Shown one piece after another: positions 1 to 9,914 of a stretch of DNA of 33,125 nucleotides (the stretch's first letter is position 1; each line of letters begins with the position of its first letter). The position numbers and the translations under genes were made by a program. The notes under the pieces are model-generated. The model had not been told where the DNA came from, ran no database searches, and saw only the letters and a list, made by a program, of their open reading frames with translations. This DNA is from Desulfobacterales bacterium. Its GTDB lineage: Bacteria > Desulfobacterota > Desulfobacteria > Desulfobacterales > UBA5852. The stretch covers positions 1 through 33,125 of the forward strand of contig JASFFM010000003.1 in the NCBI GenBank assembly GCA_050124295.1, given 5' to 3'.

Positions 1-9
1 TGTCATTGA

Positions 10-597
10 CTATATTTTGTAAATGATCCGTTTGTCGGTAATGATAATGTCGATGTGCTTATCGTGTGATTCAGCAGGGATTTGAGGAACAACCTGGTCC
101 TCTAACACCAGAGTAACCTTGCGCGTTGTAATTGGTAGTTGCGGAATCAGGCGGTTATAGTGCCCGTCGCCTGCGCCAATCCGTCCCCCTTTTTCATCCA
201 CGGCGATCCCCGGAATGATCGCGATGTCGATACACTCCAACGGTACTTCTCGGCAGCGTTTTGGGTCCGGCGTGAGCAGGCCGTTGGGGCCCTTGATCAG
301 GTCCCGGTAGGGGTCATCGACCTTCAACAACCTCGTATGTCCCGATTCAGCCTCAAAAACAGGCAGGATGATGATTTTCCCGTAATCAGACGCTTTCTTG
401 ATGATCTTATCGGTAGCGACCTCCATTGCTCCGTTCACGTAAAGCAGGACAATTCGGGATTCAAGAAAATTGGCGAAATCAAATAGTCGTGTTTCAATCT
501 CCCCGGTTTTGGTCCGGTATTCTTCCTCCGGGATGGCCTTGATTGATTTCTCGATTTTTTCACGCAGTTCCTGTTTTGCTTCCCGGATTTCATCCAT
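10..597 (-). CDS. ygfA: 5-formyltetrahydrofolate cyclo-ligase
   Basis: 195 aa ORF; N-terminal KQELR helix, IIPGIAVDEKGGRIGAGDGHYNR (variant of PGxAFD..G.RLGxGxGYYDR) and C-terminal ESHDKHIDIIITD; GGAG Shine-Dalgarno upstream. Confidence 0.92.
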   Translation of the reverse strand: MDEIREAKQELREKIEKSIKAIPEEEYRTKTGEIETRLFDFANFLESRIVLLYVNGAMEVATDKIIKKASDYGKIIILPVFEAESGHTRLLKVDDPYRDLIKGPNGLLTPDPKRCREVPLECIDIAIIPGIAVDEKGGRIGAGDGHYNRLIPQLPITTRKVTLVLEDQVVPQIPAESHDKHIDIIITDKRIIYKI

Positions 598-771
598 GGT
601 ATCTCCCGCCTGTGATCTTGAGCCAACCCGCGCTTGTCGAATTGTGAAGTCGATTCAACCAGCAATAATAATTGACTAAATTGGCAGTAGGTGTTAGCCT
701 TCGCATTCAATTTTGCAGGTCGCTTGGTTCGAGATTTCAATTTAAAATAACTATAAATAATAGGGATTAAT

Positions 772-2046
772 ATGCTCGAAATCAAGTATATCCGCCAAAA
801 TTTGAATGCTGTCCAAAGGGCGGTAGAAACCCGCGGCGATCACATTGACTGGTCGGCCTTAATCGATGCCGATGACAATCGGAAAAAGATATTATCGGAA
901 ATCGAGGCCTTGCGCCATCAGCGCAATGTCGTTTCGGAACAGATCGCCAAAATGAAAAAGAGCGGGGAAGGGGCGGAGGAGAATGTAGCCGCAATGCGCG
1001 AAGTTTCCAACCGGATCAAGGCCCTCGATGTGGATCTGACCGCGAACGAGGCCGTTACACATTCGGTGCTGATGCAGATCCCCAACATACCCCATGAAAC
1101 CGTTCCCATCGGCAGTGATGAAAATGACAACACGCTTGTGCGCACGGTCGGGGATCTGCCGGCTATGGATTTCAAACCCAAAGCCCACTGGGAGATTGGC
1201 GAAGATTTAGCGATACTTGATTTTAAACGTGCGGCGCGAATAACGGGGGCCCGTTTCCCGCTATACTTTAATCAAGGCGCCTTGATGGAGCGGGCGCTGA
1301 TCAATTTCATGCTCGATTTGCATGTGAACCAACATGGCTATCAGGAAGTCTTGCCCCCCTTCATCGTCAATCGCAGCAGCATGACCCATACGGGTCAGCT
1401 GCCCAAGTTCGAAGAAGACCTTTTCAAACTGGATGGGTTGGACTATTACCTTATACCGACAGCCGAAGTGCCCGTGACCAATATCCATCACAATGAGATT
1501 CTCAGGGAAAAGGATCTGCCGATTTACTACACCGCATATACACCCTGTTTCCGCTCCGAAGCCGGCTCCCACGGCAAGGACACCCGGGGTCTCATTCGAC
1601 AGCACCAGTTCAACAAGGTTGAATTGGTAAAGTTTACCCGCCCCGAAGACTCCTATGATGAGCTGGAGAAGCTCTTGGAGAACGCCGAACGCGTTCTTCA
1701 AATACTTGAAATACCTTATCGCGTCATCACGCTATGCACAGGCGATCTCGGTTTTTCGGCGGCCAAAACTTATGACATCGAGGTTTGGATGCCAGCCCAG
1801 GGCGTTTACCGCGAAATCTCATCCTGTAGCAACTTTGAAGCTTTTCAGGCCCGTCGGGGTAATATGCGTTTCCGTCGCGACGGACGAAAAGGCACCGAAT
1901 TCGTCCACACCTTGAATGGATCCGGCCTGGCTGTGGGAAGAACGTTTGCGGCCATTCTTGAAAATTTTCAGCAGGCCGATGGGACCGTTCGTGTGCCCAA
2001 GGCGCTAAGCCCCTATATGGGAAATAGGGAAAGCATCTCTCAGTGA
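772..2046 (+). CDS. serS: serine--tRNA ligase
   Basis: 424 aa; N-terminal coiled coil, [52 protein letters not shown] class II SerRS motifs. Confidence 0.98.
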   Translation: MLEIKYIRQNLNAVQRAVETRGDHIDWSALIDADDNRKKILSEIEALRHQRNVVSEQIAKMKKSGEGAEENVAAMREVSNRIKALDVDLTANEAVTHSVLMQIPNIPHETVPIGSDENDNTLVRTVGDLPAMDFKPKAHWEIGEDLAILDFKRAARITGARFPLYFNQGALMERALINFMLDLHVNQHGYQEVLPPFIVNRSSMTHTGQLPKFEEDLFKLDGLDYYLIPTAEVPVTNIHHNEILREKDLPIYYTAYTPCFRSEAGSHGKDTRGLIRQHQFNKVELVKFTRPEDSYDELEKLLENAERVLQILEIPYRVITLCTGDLGFSAAKTYDIEVWMPAQGVYREISSCSNFEAFQARRGNMRFRRDGRKGTEFVHTLNGSGLAVGRTFAAILENFQQADGTVRVPKALSPYMGNRESISQ

Positions 2047-3545
2047 AGCGGAATGACTTTCCAGAATCTGTTCAGCCTTACCTTATCCCTCAACCCGGGG
2101 GTGAGTTGGTGTATCGTTGCCTTGGCTGCGCGGAGACCTTTGCCATCAGCGATCTCCACTATGTTTGCCCCCGCTGCCGCCAAGTGTTGTTGATCGAAGA
2201 TCTCAATGCCCCTCGTTTGCAAGATCTGCCTGGTCCGATCTGGCACCAGATCTTTGATTACCGCAAGATGTTGACCGAGCCTTCCCTTAAGGGCATCTAT
2301 CGATATCATGAATTTATCGGCCCCGTAATGCCTCTCGACAGCATCATTTACCTGGGAGAAGGCCATACCCCAATGATTCAGGGCAATGCCCGGCTGCAGG
2401 AACGCGTCGGTGCCCAATTCTATTTTAAAAACGATGGTCAGAACCCCAGTGCATCCTTCAAGGACAGAGGCATGGCCAGTGCTTTCAGCTACCTTGCCTA
2501 TATGATCAACACGGGGGCAATTGCTGATGTTCTTGCGATTTGTGCTTCTACCGGCGATACCAGTGCAGCGGCGGCACTCTACGCAGCGTACATACAAAAA
2601 GGCATCAAGTCGGCCGTCATACTGCCCCATGGAAAGGTAACACCCCAGCAACTGTCCCAACCCTTGGGCAGCGGCGCCAGGGTATTTGAAATACCCGGGG
2701 TGTTCGACGACTGCATGAAAGTTGTCGAAAAACTGTCTGAAACCTATCGCGTTGCCCTGCTGAACTCGAAAAATGCCTGGCGTATTTTGGGTCAGGAATC
2801 CTACGCCTATGAAATTGCCCAGGATCTCAACTACGAACTGGACAATACGGTCATCGTGGTCCCTATCGGCAATGCAGGAAATATAACGGCGGTGATGCGT
2901 GGTTTTCTGAAATTTCTGGATGCCGGCATTATCACGCACCTACCGAAAATTATCGGTGTCCAGTCCGAGCATGCCAACCCTGTTTACCGATACTACCGTG
3001 AGCCTGAGCCCAACAAACGCTCTTTTGTGCCGGTCAATGTTAAACCCAGCGTCGCGCAAGCCGCAATGATCGGTAACCCTGTGTCGATGCCACGCGTTAT
3101 CCAACTGGTTGAGCAATACCAGCAAAAATCATCCGTCTCAAATGTGTTGCTGTGCGAGGTTGCTGAACAGGACATCATGGACTGGCAACTGTTGGCCAAC
3201 CGTAATGGCCATATTACTTGCACCCATGGGGGGGAGTGCCTGGCAGGCCTAGTTCAGGCAATCCGTGATGGATTAGTCGGGCCGGAGGAAAAAGCTATTT
3301 TGGATGCCACTGCGCATGCATTAAAGTTTGCCAGTTTTCAAGATCTCTATTTTGAAGACCGGTTTCCACCCGAATTTAATATAAAACCCAAGGCGGCACT
3401 TAAAAACGCACCGGTGTACGTGTCGCCTGAAGGCATTGATCGCCAGCCGGAGGACGGAAAACCATTGGTGGGAAAAGATTTTGAACGGTTTGTCGAACAC
3501 GTTTCAAAGGATATTGCTTCGAGTCTGCGTTTAAAGAAACGTTGA
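2043..3545 (+). CDS. thrC: threonine synthase (PLP fold II) with N-terminal CxxC/CxxC zinc ribbon
   Basis: [18 protein letters not shown] (PLP lysine), [27 protein letters not shown]; GTG start overlaps the serS stop (GTGA). Confidence 0.92.
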   Translation: MKRNDFPESVQPYLIPQPGGELVYRCLGCAETFAISDLHYVCPRCRQVLLIEDLNAPRLQDLPGPIWHQIFDYRKMLTEPSLKGIYRYHEFIGPVMPLDSIIYLGEGHTPMIQGNARLQERVGAQFYFKNDGQNPSASFKDRGMASAFSYLAYMINTGAIADVLAICASTGDTSAAAALYAAYIQKGIKSAVILPHGKVTPQQLSQPLGSGARVFEIPGVFDDCMKVVEKLSETYRVALLNSKNAWRILGQESYAYEIAQDLNYELDNTVIVVPIGNAGNITAVMRGFLKFLDAGIITHLPKIIGVQSEHANPVYRYYREPEPNKRSFVPVNVKPSVAQAAMIGNPVSMPRVIQLVEQYQQKSSVSNVLLCEVAEQDIMDWQLLANRNGHITCTHGGECLAGLVQAIRDGLVGPEEKAILDATAHALKFASFQDLYFEDRFPPEFNIKPKAALKNAPVYVSPEGIDRQPEDGKPLVGKDFERFVEHVSKDIASSLRLKKR

Positions 3546-3674
3546 GAACATGTAAATCAGGTCCTGCAGGCTGTCATCCAATGATAGCAACGAGTAGATA
3601 ATGGAGATTCCATTCTCCACCCATAGGTTGATCGTGGATCACTGATTTCGATTGTATCGATTAGGAAATACCTT

Positions 3675-4469
3675 ATGAAACAAGCAATTCGATTCATTCT
3701 TTGGGGGATCATTTTTACACTCCCGCTGATGGCGTGCGCAACGACGGATTACGATATCGAACAACGCAAGGCCATATCCGAAGACAACCGCCGTTTAGGG
3801 GACGCCTACATCCGACAGGGTGACTACACGAGAGCCCTTAGGTACTACCTTGAGGCCGCAAAGCACTATTCCGATGATCCGGACCTACAGTACAGTATGG
3901 GGCTGGCCTATCAGGAGAAGAAAAATTACCGACGCGCGATTGAACACTTTAAACATGCTTTAGAGCTCAAGCCAGACATGGCGCCGGCCAAAAACAGTTT
4001 AGGGGTTGCCTACATAAGAGCGCAGGATTACGATCAGGCCATCCTCATTTTGAAAGACATGATTGAGGATCAGTCTTATGAAATCTATATGACGCCCCAA
4101 TATCCAAAATACAATCTCGGCTGGGCCTATTACCAGAAGAAACAGTACGAGGAAGCCGAGCGTTATTTCCAGGAGGCCCTTGATTATTACGACTCGGGAA
4201 TTCCCAAGGATGCAATTTACATCAAAGGTCTGCGTGCCATGGGGTTAAATGCCCTTGCTCAGTCCCGGCCGGAAAGGGCCCTTTCATATCTTGAGAAGGC
4301 CGTACCGCTTGCGCCAAAATGGCCCGAACTTTTCCTCGATATTGCCCGCGCCCATCGCTTGGCGGGCGAGATGCCACGCGCGCGACAGGCCTACAACCGT
4401 GTCATTGAGTTAGCCCCAGCCAGCGATATTGCCGAAACTGCCGCCCAGGAAGCAGCCGGGCTAAAATAG
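3675..4469 (+). CDS. TPR lipoprotein, PilF/PilW/Tgl-like candidate secretin pilotin
   Basis: Signal peptide with lipobox LMAC, multiple TPRs (AKNSLGVAY, YMTPQYPKYNLGWAY), AGGA Shine-Dalgarno; lies next to pilQ. Confidence 0.75.
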   Translation: MKQAIRFILWGIIFTLPLMACATTDYDIEQRKAISEDNRRLGDAYIRQGDYTRALRYYLEAAKHYSDDPDLQYSMGLAYQEKKNYRRAIEHFKHALELKPDMAPAKNSLGVAYIRAQDYDQAILILKDMIEDQSYEIYMTPQYPKYNLGWAYYQKKQYEEAERYFQEALDYYDSGIPKDAIYIKGLRAMGLNALAQSRPERALSYLEKAVPLAPKWPELFLDIARAHRLAGEMPRARQAYNRVIELAPASDIAETAAQEAAGLK

Positions 4470-5067
4470 CCGATTCTATCCCTATCGATTCGTTTTAGAT
4501 ATTGGGTTCTTAATTGACCCTGATCGATTAAAACCTTCGATGATCACGGATGCTGTTATACCTGCTCAGCCCATCCGGTTTGTATTCTCATGGTGCCCAC
4601 CGACCGCCGACGTGTTGCCACCAACTGCCATGGTACCGATTTGGATATACCGTCTGTTCATCTCGGATCGGTCATACAAAAGGGGTTTGGCGCGGCGTCC
4701 TTTTGTTTTCGCTGCTGGATATTTACGGAGCGCACCGCTAAGGTAAAAAGGGATCACCTCCGGGAGCACCCATCCAAAACGCCATCTGCCATTGATGGCC
4801 TCAATGCGAAATCCCAGCGAAAATAATGGGGCCGGTTTTGATCAAGCACCTTAAAACCTTCTTAAAAGCGATTAAATCCTTGAAAAAACCGCGATCACCA
4901 AGGTGGCTACGCCTTGCCTAATCACCCGCGATAAGGATGCTGGCAGCAGCCTATGGCAGCTTTTTCTTATAATCATAGGGGTTAATATGATTCGATTCGC
5001 AAATAACGATCGTCAATTTTTGACTCACTTTTGGCAATGCCGTCATGCTTCCTCGTCGAAAGGGCAC

Positions 5068-5109
5068 AAAAAAACACCCCCTGCCGTACTTTCCCCGGCA
5101 GGAGGTGTT
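5068..5109 (-). terminator. intrinsic terminator of the pilMNOPQ operon
   Basis: Minus-strand RNA AACACCUCCUGCCG-(9 nt)-CGGCAGGGGGUGUU (one U-G pair) running into a U tract, about 30 nt after the pilQ stop. Confidence 0.85.
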
Positions 5110-5141
5110 GGATAAGGGTGACCCTGACAATCGTCGTTTAA

Positions 5142-7979
5142 TCAGAATCTGGTGCTCTGTACCTCTTTTTGTTCCAACTTGACAATTTTGGGGGTTAGAA
5201 AAATCAACAGTTCGTTTTGCTGATCGCTTTTGGTGTCGTATTTAAAGAACAGCCCCAGCCCCGGTATTTTGCGTAAACCCGGAATACCTTCTTCGGCTTC
5301 CGACACCGTGGCTTTAATGATACCACCAATGACGATGGTTTCCCCGTCTTCCAGAAGCAGCTCGGTGATCGCTTCATTGGTGGACAAGGGGGGCGGATCG
5401 TCGGTGATGTCGATCACGTCGTCTTTCTTGATGGCAACGGCCAGCATCACGCGATTATCCGGTGTCACTTTCGGTCGAACCCGAAGTTCCAGGTCGACAT
5501 CTTTAAATTTGACTGAGGATCCTCCGGCCGAGTCACGTTCCAAATAGGCAATTTCAAACCCTTGTTTGATTACGGCCAACTTTCCATCAAGGGTTAGAAT
5601 TTTCGGTGCGGAGATAATTCGGGTTTTGCCTTCTTGTTCGCCCAACTGGAGTCTGGCGTCAATGATATCGAAGGGTGTCCCCGAAATTTTGCTTAAGCCA
5701 AATCCAATCGCTCCCGAGTCCAAGGCGGTGGCAGGAATATTATCGGCCGTCATATCGATACCTGTGACTTCAAAAACATTTCCTAAAGAAAAGCTTCCGA
5801 TACTGACCGTTCCCCAATCAAATCCGACATCCCGCCGGAAGTCTGTATTGGCTTCGACAATTCGCGACTCGATTAAAACTTGCGGTGTCACCTGATCCAG
5901 TATTCTAATGATTTCTCTAATGCGCTCCACTGCCTTGGGGATGTCGTTAACGATGATCATGTTCTTGGCTATATCGACGGATACATTTCCCCGCGGGCTA
6001 AAACGACTGTCCCATCCGACTTCTGTGACTTCTTCACATTGCCGGGCGATGTGCGCACACGCGGTGTCTCGGGCATCGATGTAGCTGCAAAGGAAGAATT
6101 CTGTTACCAGTTCTTGCTCTTCATCCTTTTTCCTTTCAGCTTCCAGCTTTTCGCTTTCCAGCTTTTCTTCCCGGGCGAGTGTTGCCTGGGTAGCGATGCG
6201 ATATATGCCTTGCTCCTCTTTAAGGCCTAGCTGGTTCATCTTTAAAACGAGATCTAGCACCTGGTCCCACGGTACAGGCTGTTCAAAATTAAGTGTTACT
6301 TTTCCGGTGACATCCTTATCGATAGCAAAATTCTGGCCGGAGATTTCACCAAGAATGCGGAACACATTCTTGATATCCGTATCGTAAAAATTAAGGGCGA
6401 TTTTTTCACCCGTATAATTTTTTTTGGGTGTTAAAATGGTTTCATCAACCCTTTTGACAACCTCGCCTTCCTCTCTTAATACTTCAGCGGCCGGGCCAAA
6501 CTTAGCTGATTCTTGCTCTTGTGCCGTACTCGCATCGCCGCCTTTGGCCATTTCCGCCGCCTCACTTGGGGGGCTGGCGACCTGCATTGGTTCATCGGTC
6601 TGCCCTTCCAATGTCTGCTTCCATTCCGGTTGTGCGGTTACTTCCAATGGCTTTGGTGGAATGTTAGATGGCGCAAATCGAACAATAATAAAATTTTCCT
6701 CCTGTTCGATTTCAAACGGGACAGCTTCTCTTAATTCAAATACCACAACGGCATCTTTTCCCATCGGTGCCGTCTGCACAGGGGTAATTCTGTCGATGGC
6801 ACTTTCAAAGCGGGTCGTTATCAATGGCCGTTTGCGGTATTGAGGGACCTGGGTATCGAAGAGCTTCAACTGAAGCTTGCGATCGCTGACGCGCTGCATG
6901 TCATACCTCACGGCCCCAGTTGTTCCAATAGTGACCACCGATTCGCCGCCTTCCGCCCCGACAAACTCAATTTTATTCAACCACGCGATAGTGGCATCCT
7001 GGTCGGCATTCTGGCTGTCGTCCGAAGGTGGTTCCGTATTGGGGTCATCCGCAACTTGCTCGACCACGACAGGCACAATTAAGTCTTCACGAATGATCGG
7101 CTTTTCTTCCCGAACACTGATTACGAGACCGTTTTTTATAGGCTTGGAGGAAAATGCAGTCATGTAATTGCGGTCCGTATCCAAAACCACCCGCAACTTA
7201 TCCGGATAACAAAAATGCCGCAAACCCGTTACCCACTTAGAGTCGACAACGACCTTTTGCAAACCTTTGAAGGGGCTGTCCATATTGTATATGTCAAAGA
7301 CGATTCGCGGAGGGTTATCAACCGTAAAGGCTGTGTATTCTTGAATAGTCCCATCCGCTGTGATGGTGATATCAATACCATCTTTCTTTTCTTCGACATT
7401 TACATTCTCTATACAGGTCCCCTGGGCGGTAACATCCAAAGCTTCATCGGTGGAGGCGGTTTCGATGGGATCAGAGTCCTCCACGGCCTCGTTGGGGAGT
7501 GTCTCTTCAACAATGGCCTCGCGGGAAAAGGCGATGGTCATTCCTTGTTCGGTCTGTTCAACACGATAGGTGGCATCCCGTGTCAGCGATACCATAATTT
7601 TCGCTGTGTGTCCGTCTGCGACTACCTCTGATGTATTAATCCTTTCGACCGGATCGAGTGTTACATCGTATTGTTCATCTAAGCCGACAAGTTGTGTCCC
7701 CGGAAAATAAAATGTTACTTCCGGCGGGGATACCTTTCGAATATCGGAAAACAGAAGCTCCGGACTGCCCTCCACCGAAAGGTATACACCTTTCTCATCT
7801 TCAGAGACATCAATTTTACTGATCTGTTTCAAATCAGCATTCATTAGCGCCGAATTATCATCCGGGCTAACAGCCGCGCTACCAGTGCAACCGGAAATAG
7901 CCATTGCCAGCAGGACAATTGAGCTGACGAGAATGGTGGCGAGCCACAATTTACCAAGGGATTGACCTTTGAAGCGCAT
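5142..7979 (-). CDS. pilQ: type IV pilus secretin PilQ with N-terminal AMIN domains
   Basis: 945 aa; AMIN-like segments (FTVDNPPRIVFDI, KLRVVLD), N0 motif YTGEKIALNFYDTDI..VPWDQVLDLVL, secretin core QVLIESRIVEA, ETIVIGGI, IPGLGLFFK..ELLIFLTPKIV. Confidence 0.96.
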   Translation of the reverse strand: MRFKGQSLGKLWLATILVSSIVLLAMAISGCTGSAAVSPDDNSALMNADLKQISKIDVSEDEKGVYLSVEGSPELLFSDIRKVSPPEVTFYFPGTQLVGLDEQYDVTLDPVERINTSEVVADGHTAKIMVSLTRDATYRVEQTEQGMTIAFSREAIVEETLPNEAVEDSDPIETASTDEALDVTAQGTCIENVNVEEKKDGIDITITADGTIQEYTAFTVDNPPRIVFDIYNMDSPFKGLQKVVVDSKWVTGLRHFCYPDKLRVVLDTDRNYMTAFSSKPIKNGLVISVREEKPIIREDLIVPVVVEQVADDPNTEPPSDDSQNADQDATIAWLNKIEFVGAEGGESVVTIGTTGAVRYDMQRVSDRKLQLKLFDTQVPQYRKRPLITTRFESAIDRITPVQTAPMGKDAVVVFELREAVPFEIEQEENFIIVRFAPSNIPPKPLEVTAQPEWKQTLEGQTDEPMQVASPPSEAAEMAKGGDASTAQEQESAKFGPAAEVLREEGEVVKRVDETILTPKKNYTGEKIALNFYDTDIKNVFRILGEISGQNFAIDKDVTGKVTLNFEQPVPWDQVLDLVLKMNQLGLKEEQGIYRIATQATLAREEKLESEKLEAERKKDEEQELVTEFFLCSYIDARDTACAHIARQCEEVTEVGWDSRFSPRGNVSVDIAKNMIIVNDIPKAVERIREIIRILDQVTPQVLIESRIVEANTDFRRDVGFDWGTVSIGSFSLGNVFEVTGIDMTADNIPATALDSGAIGFGLSKISGTPFDIIDARLQLGEQEGKTRIISAPKILTLDGKLAVIKQGFEIAYLERDSAGGSSVKFKDVDLELRVRPKVTPDNRVMLAVAIKKDDVIDITDDPPPLSTNEAITELLLEDGETIVIGGIIKATVSEAEEGIPGLRKIPGLGLFFKYDTKSDQQNELLIFLTPKIVKLEQKEVQSTRF

Positions 7980-7984
7980 TCTTA

Positions 7985-8638
7985 TTATTCTCCAGGGGGT
8001 TTCTGAAGTTTAAGTTCACGTTTTTTGCTGTTTTCCTTCCCAAATTCATCCTCATCCTTATGCTCTATGATAATTCGATCCTGGGCAATCTCCACAACGG
8101 ATCCACGCTCAAGACCGATTTTGGTCCCTAAAGAAACCACATATCCTTTGCCCGATGCTTCTTCCACCAAAGCTTTTTTAAAACCCTGCGTTGTTACAAT
8201 AGCAGTAAGTTTGAGTTGCCCAAGATCCAATTTTTCGAGGGGCGTCCTGGGCCGCTCCGGAACCTTGGGTCTAGCAACAACTTGTTGAGGCACTTTTTCC
8301 TTGTCCTCTTTATAGAGAGGTGCAAAAGGATCAATTCTTCCAACAGGATTGTAAGGCATCCGTTTTGGTTTGGTCGACTGCGTTTCGGCAACTGCCTCGG
8401 ATATAACCGGGCTATCGGGTTTTTTTACAGAAGCTGTGTCCTTTTCCTTGGAAACGGGTATTGATTTGGCACTCTTCCCTATTTGCTTTGTGACAACGGG
8501 TTCTTTAACAGAACCCTTTCCTTTCTGACTGTCGCACCCGGTAAATCCAATACCAAGGCTGAGCAAGAGAACCATCATCAATCGTGGCGCCGATATCAAT
8601 CTACTCATCTTAGTTCGCTTTGCTTTTTGATTTAGCAC
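7985..8638 (-). CDS. pilP: type IV pilus assembly lipoprotein PilP
   Basis: Lipobox FTGC; YNPVGRIDPF, RTPLEKLDLGQLKLTAI, GYVVSLGTKIG motifs; lies between pilO and pilQ. Start could be the ATG at 8608. Confidence 0.92.
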   Translation of the reverse strand: MLNQKAKRTKMSRLISAPRLMMVLLLSLGIGFTGCDSQKGKGSVKEPVVTKQIGKSAKSIPVSKEKDTASVKKPDSPVISEAVAETQSTKPKRMPYNPVGRIDPFAPLYKEDKEKVPQQVVARPKVPERPRTPLEKLDLGQLKLTAIVTTQGFKKALVEEASGKGYVVSLGTKIGLERGSVVEIAQDRIIIEHKDEDEFGKENSKKRELKLQKPPGE

Positions 8639-8656
8639 GTATTTACCTATGCAAAT

Positions 8657-9298
8657 CTATTGTTTCTTGAGTTTTTTCTCTTCCGCATTGGCCTTTGCAG
8701 GGGTTGGCTCTATAAATTTGTAGGTTACCGCTTCGCATGCAGTGGTAAGTGATCCAGCCTTGTCCCGCGATATTTGAATGTTGCGGATATTCACAATGCG
8801 CGATAGGTTGGCAACTTTATCGAAGAACTGAGCTACATTGTGGTATCCGCCTTTGACCCGTATTGATACCGGTATTTCAGCATAGAAATTTTTATTGACA
8901 TCCCCCTGCGGTTGGAAGAGAAGAAATTCCAACCCGGACTGCTGGCCGGATTTGGACACACCCGTGAGTAACGACGAAATTTCTTCTTTTTCAGGAAGTG
9001 ATTTCATGACCAGATTGAATTCACGCTGCTTCGAATCGAATTCTTTCCTTAATCCTTCGAGTTGCTGGGCATTTTTTTTAGAGCGCGTCAATTCTGCGGT
9101 AAGGCGCTTGTATTCCGCATCAAGTTTTCCAATGCTCTGCCATCTTGGCCAGTAGGACAGGAACCAGAAAAGAATAAAAATAATAAGAAACACGCCCACA
9201 CAAATCATAATGCGCTGAACCCTCGAAAGCTCGCTTACCCGATCGAAGATTGCATCCAGCTGTTTTGATGTATTACCAAATTTATCCATTGTGGCCAC
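8657..9298 (-). CDS. pilO: type IV pilus assembly protein PilO
   Basis: One TM helix, coiled coil, LPEKEEISSLL, FYAEIPVSIRVKGGYHNVAQFFDKVANLSRIVN. Confidence 0.95.
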   Translation of the reverse strand: MATMDKFGNTSKQLDAIFDRVSELSRVQRIMICVGVFLIIFILFWFLSYWPRWQSIGKLDAEYKRLTAELTRSKKNAQQLEGLRKEFDSKQREFNLVMKSLPEKEEISSLLTGVSKSGQQSGLEFLLFQPQGDVNKNFYAEIPVSIRVKGGYHNVAQFFDKVANLSRIVNIRNIQISRDKAGSLTTACEAVTYKFIEPTPAKANAEEKKLKKQ

Positions 9299-9305
9299 TC
9301 GTCAG

Positions 9306-9914
9306 CTACTTTCTTTGCTTTGTTTTATCGTCCGGGACTTCTGGGGGCTGAACCATTTTAAGTGCGGTAATCTCAAACCTTTTCATATTCAGATTGCGAA
9401 TTTCTTCCTGCTGTAATTTGTTGAGCCTCACTTTGGGGTACATCACCTCATTTTTCTCTTCCATTTTGGAGATCATTTCTAAATTATCTATAAAGTCGGC
9501 CACTGTTTTGTTGTCCAAAGCAATGCCGTCAATGTCCATTTTATCCGACTGGATGTCTAACCGCGTCAGCCACATGCGCTCATTGACAATTTTTCCTGTC
9601 AATTCATCCATGATGTGAACAGGCTCGAATCGTTTTTTCTCAAGATCCTGAATGACATTCTGGCGCATTTCCAAATCTTTTAATTTTTTTCGAATTTCTT
9701 TAATTTCTTCATTTTTCTTTTTATATAGGGCCAGCTCTTTTTTTGTATCAGACACATTTGTCGTAAGGCGCGTCTGTTTGCGGCCTAAAGAAAAATGTAC
9801 CCAGACTAGAATGATCAAGACGAGCAAGAAGCAAAGCATGAATACCGATACCTGCTTGCGAATATTTTCCTTCTTGCGGGCGGCCCTAAACGGTAGTAAG
9901 TTTATCCGTATCAT
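9306..9914 (-). CDS. pilN: type IV pilus assembly protein PilN
   Basis: Starts MIRINLLP (PilM-binding INLLP motif), TM helix, coiled coil, RMWLT; ATGA overlap with the end of pilM. Confidence 0.95.
   Translation of the reverse strand: MIRINLLPFRAARKKENIRKQVSVFMLCFLLVLIILVWVHFSLGRKQTRLTTNVSDTKKELALYKKKNEEIKEIRKKLKDLEMRQNVIQDLEKKRFEPVHIMDELTGKIVNERMWLTRLDIQSDKMDIDGIALDNKTVADFIDNLEMISKMEEKNEVMYPKVRLNKLQQEEIRNLNMKRFEITALKMVQPPEVPDDKTKQRK

Noticed and set aside
1-6. Possible start (ATG ACA) of a gene downstream of ygfA on the minus strand
   Set aside because: Only two codons lie in the window, so it cannot be supported.
598-771. 6S RNA upstream of ygfA or T-box leader upstream of serS
   Set aside because: The divergent gap is only 174 bp, AT-rich and must hold two promoters; no long rod-like complementarity or T-box/terminator motif is visible.
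2040-2939. 299-aa antisense ORF over thrC
   Set aside because: Shadow ORF opposite a well-conserved gene; no recognisable motifs.
4761-4771. 11-mer CGGGAGCACCC shared with 15002-15012 in the other convergent spacer
   Set aside because: The match does not extend and an 11-mer repeat is expected by chance in a window this size.
4904-4918. Sigma54-like TGGCTACGCCTTGC
   Set aside because: GG-to-GC spacing is 9 nt rather than the required 10.
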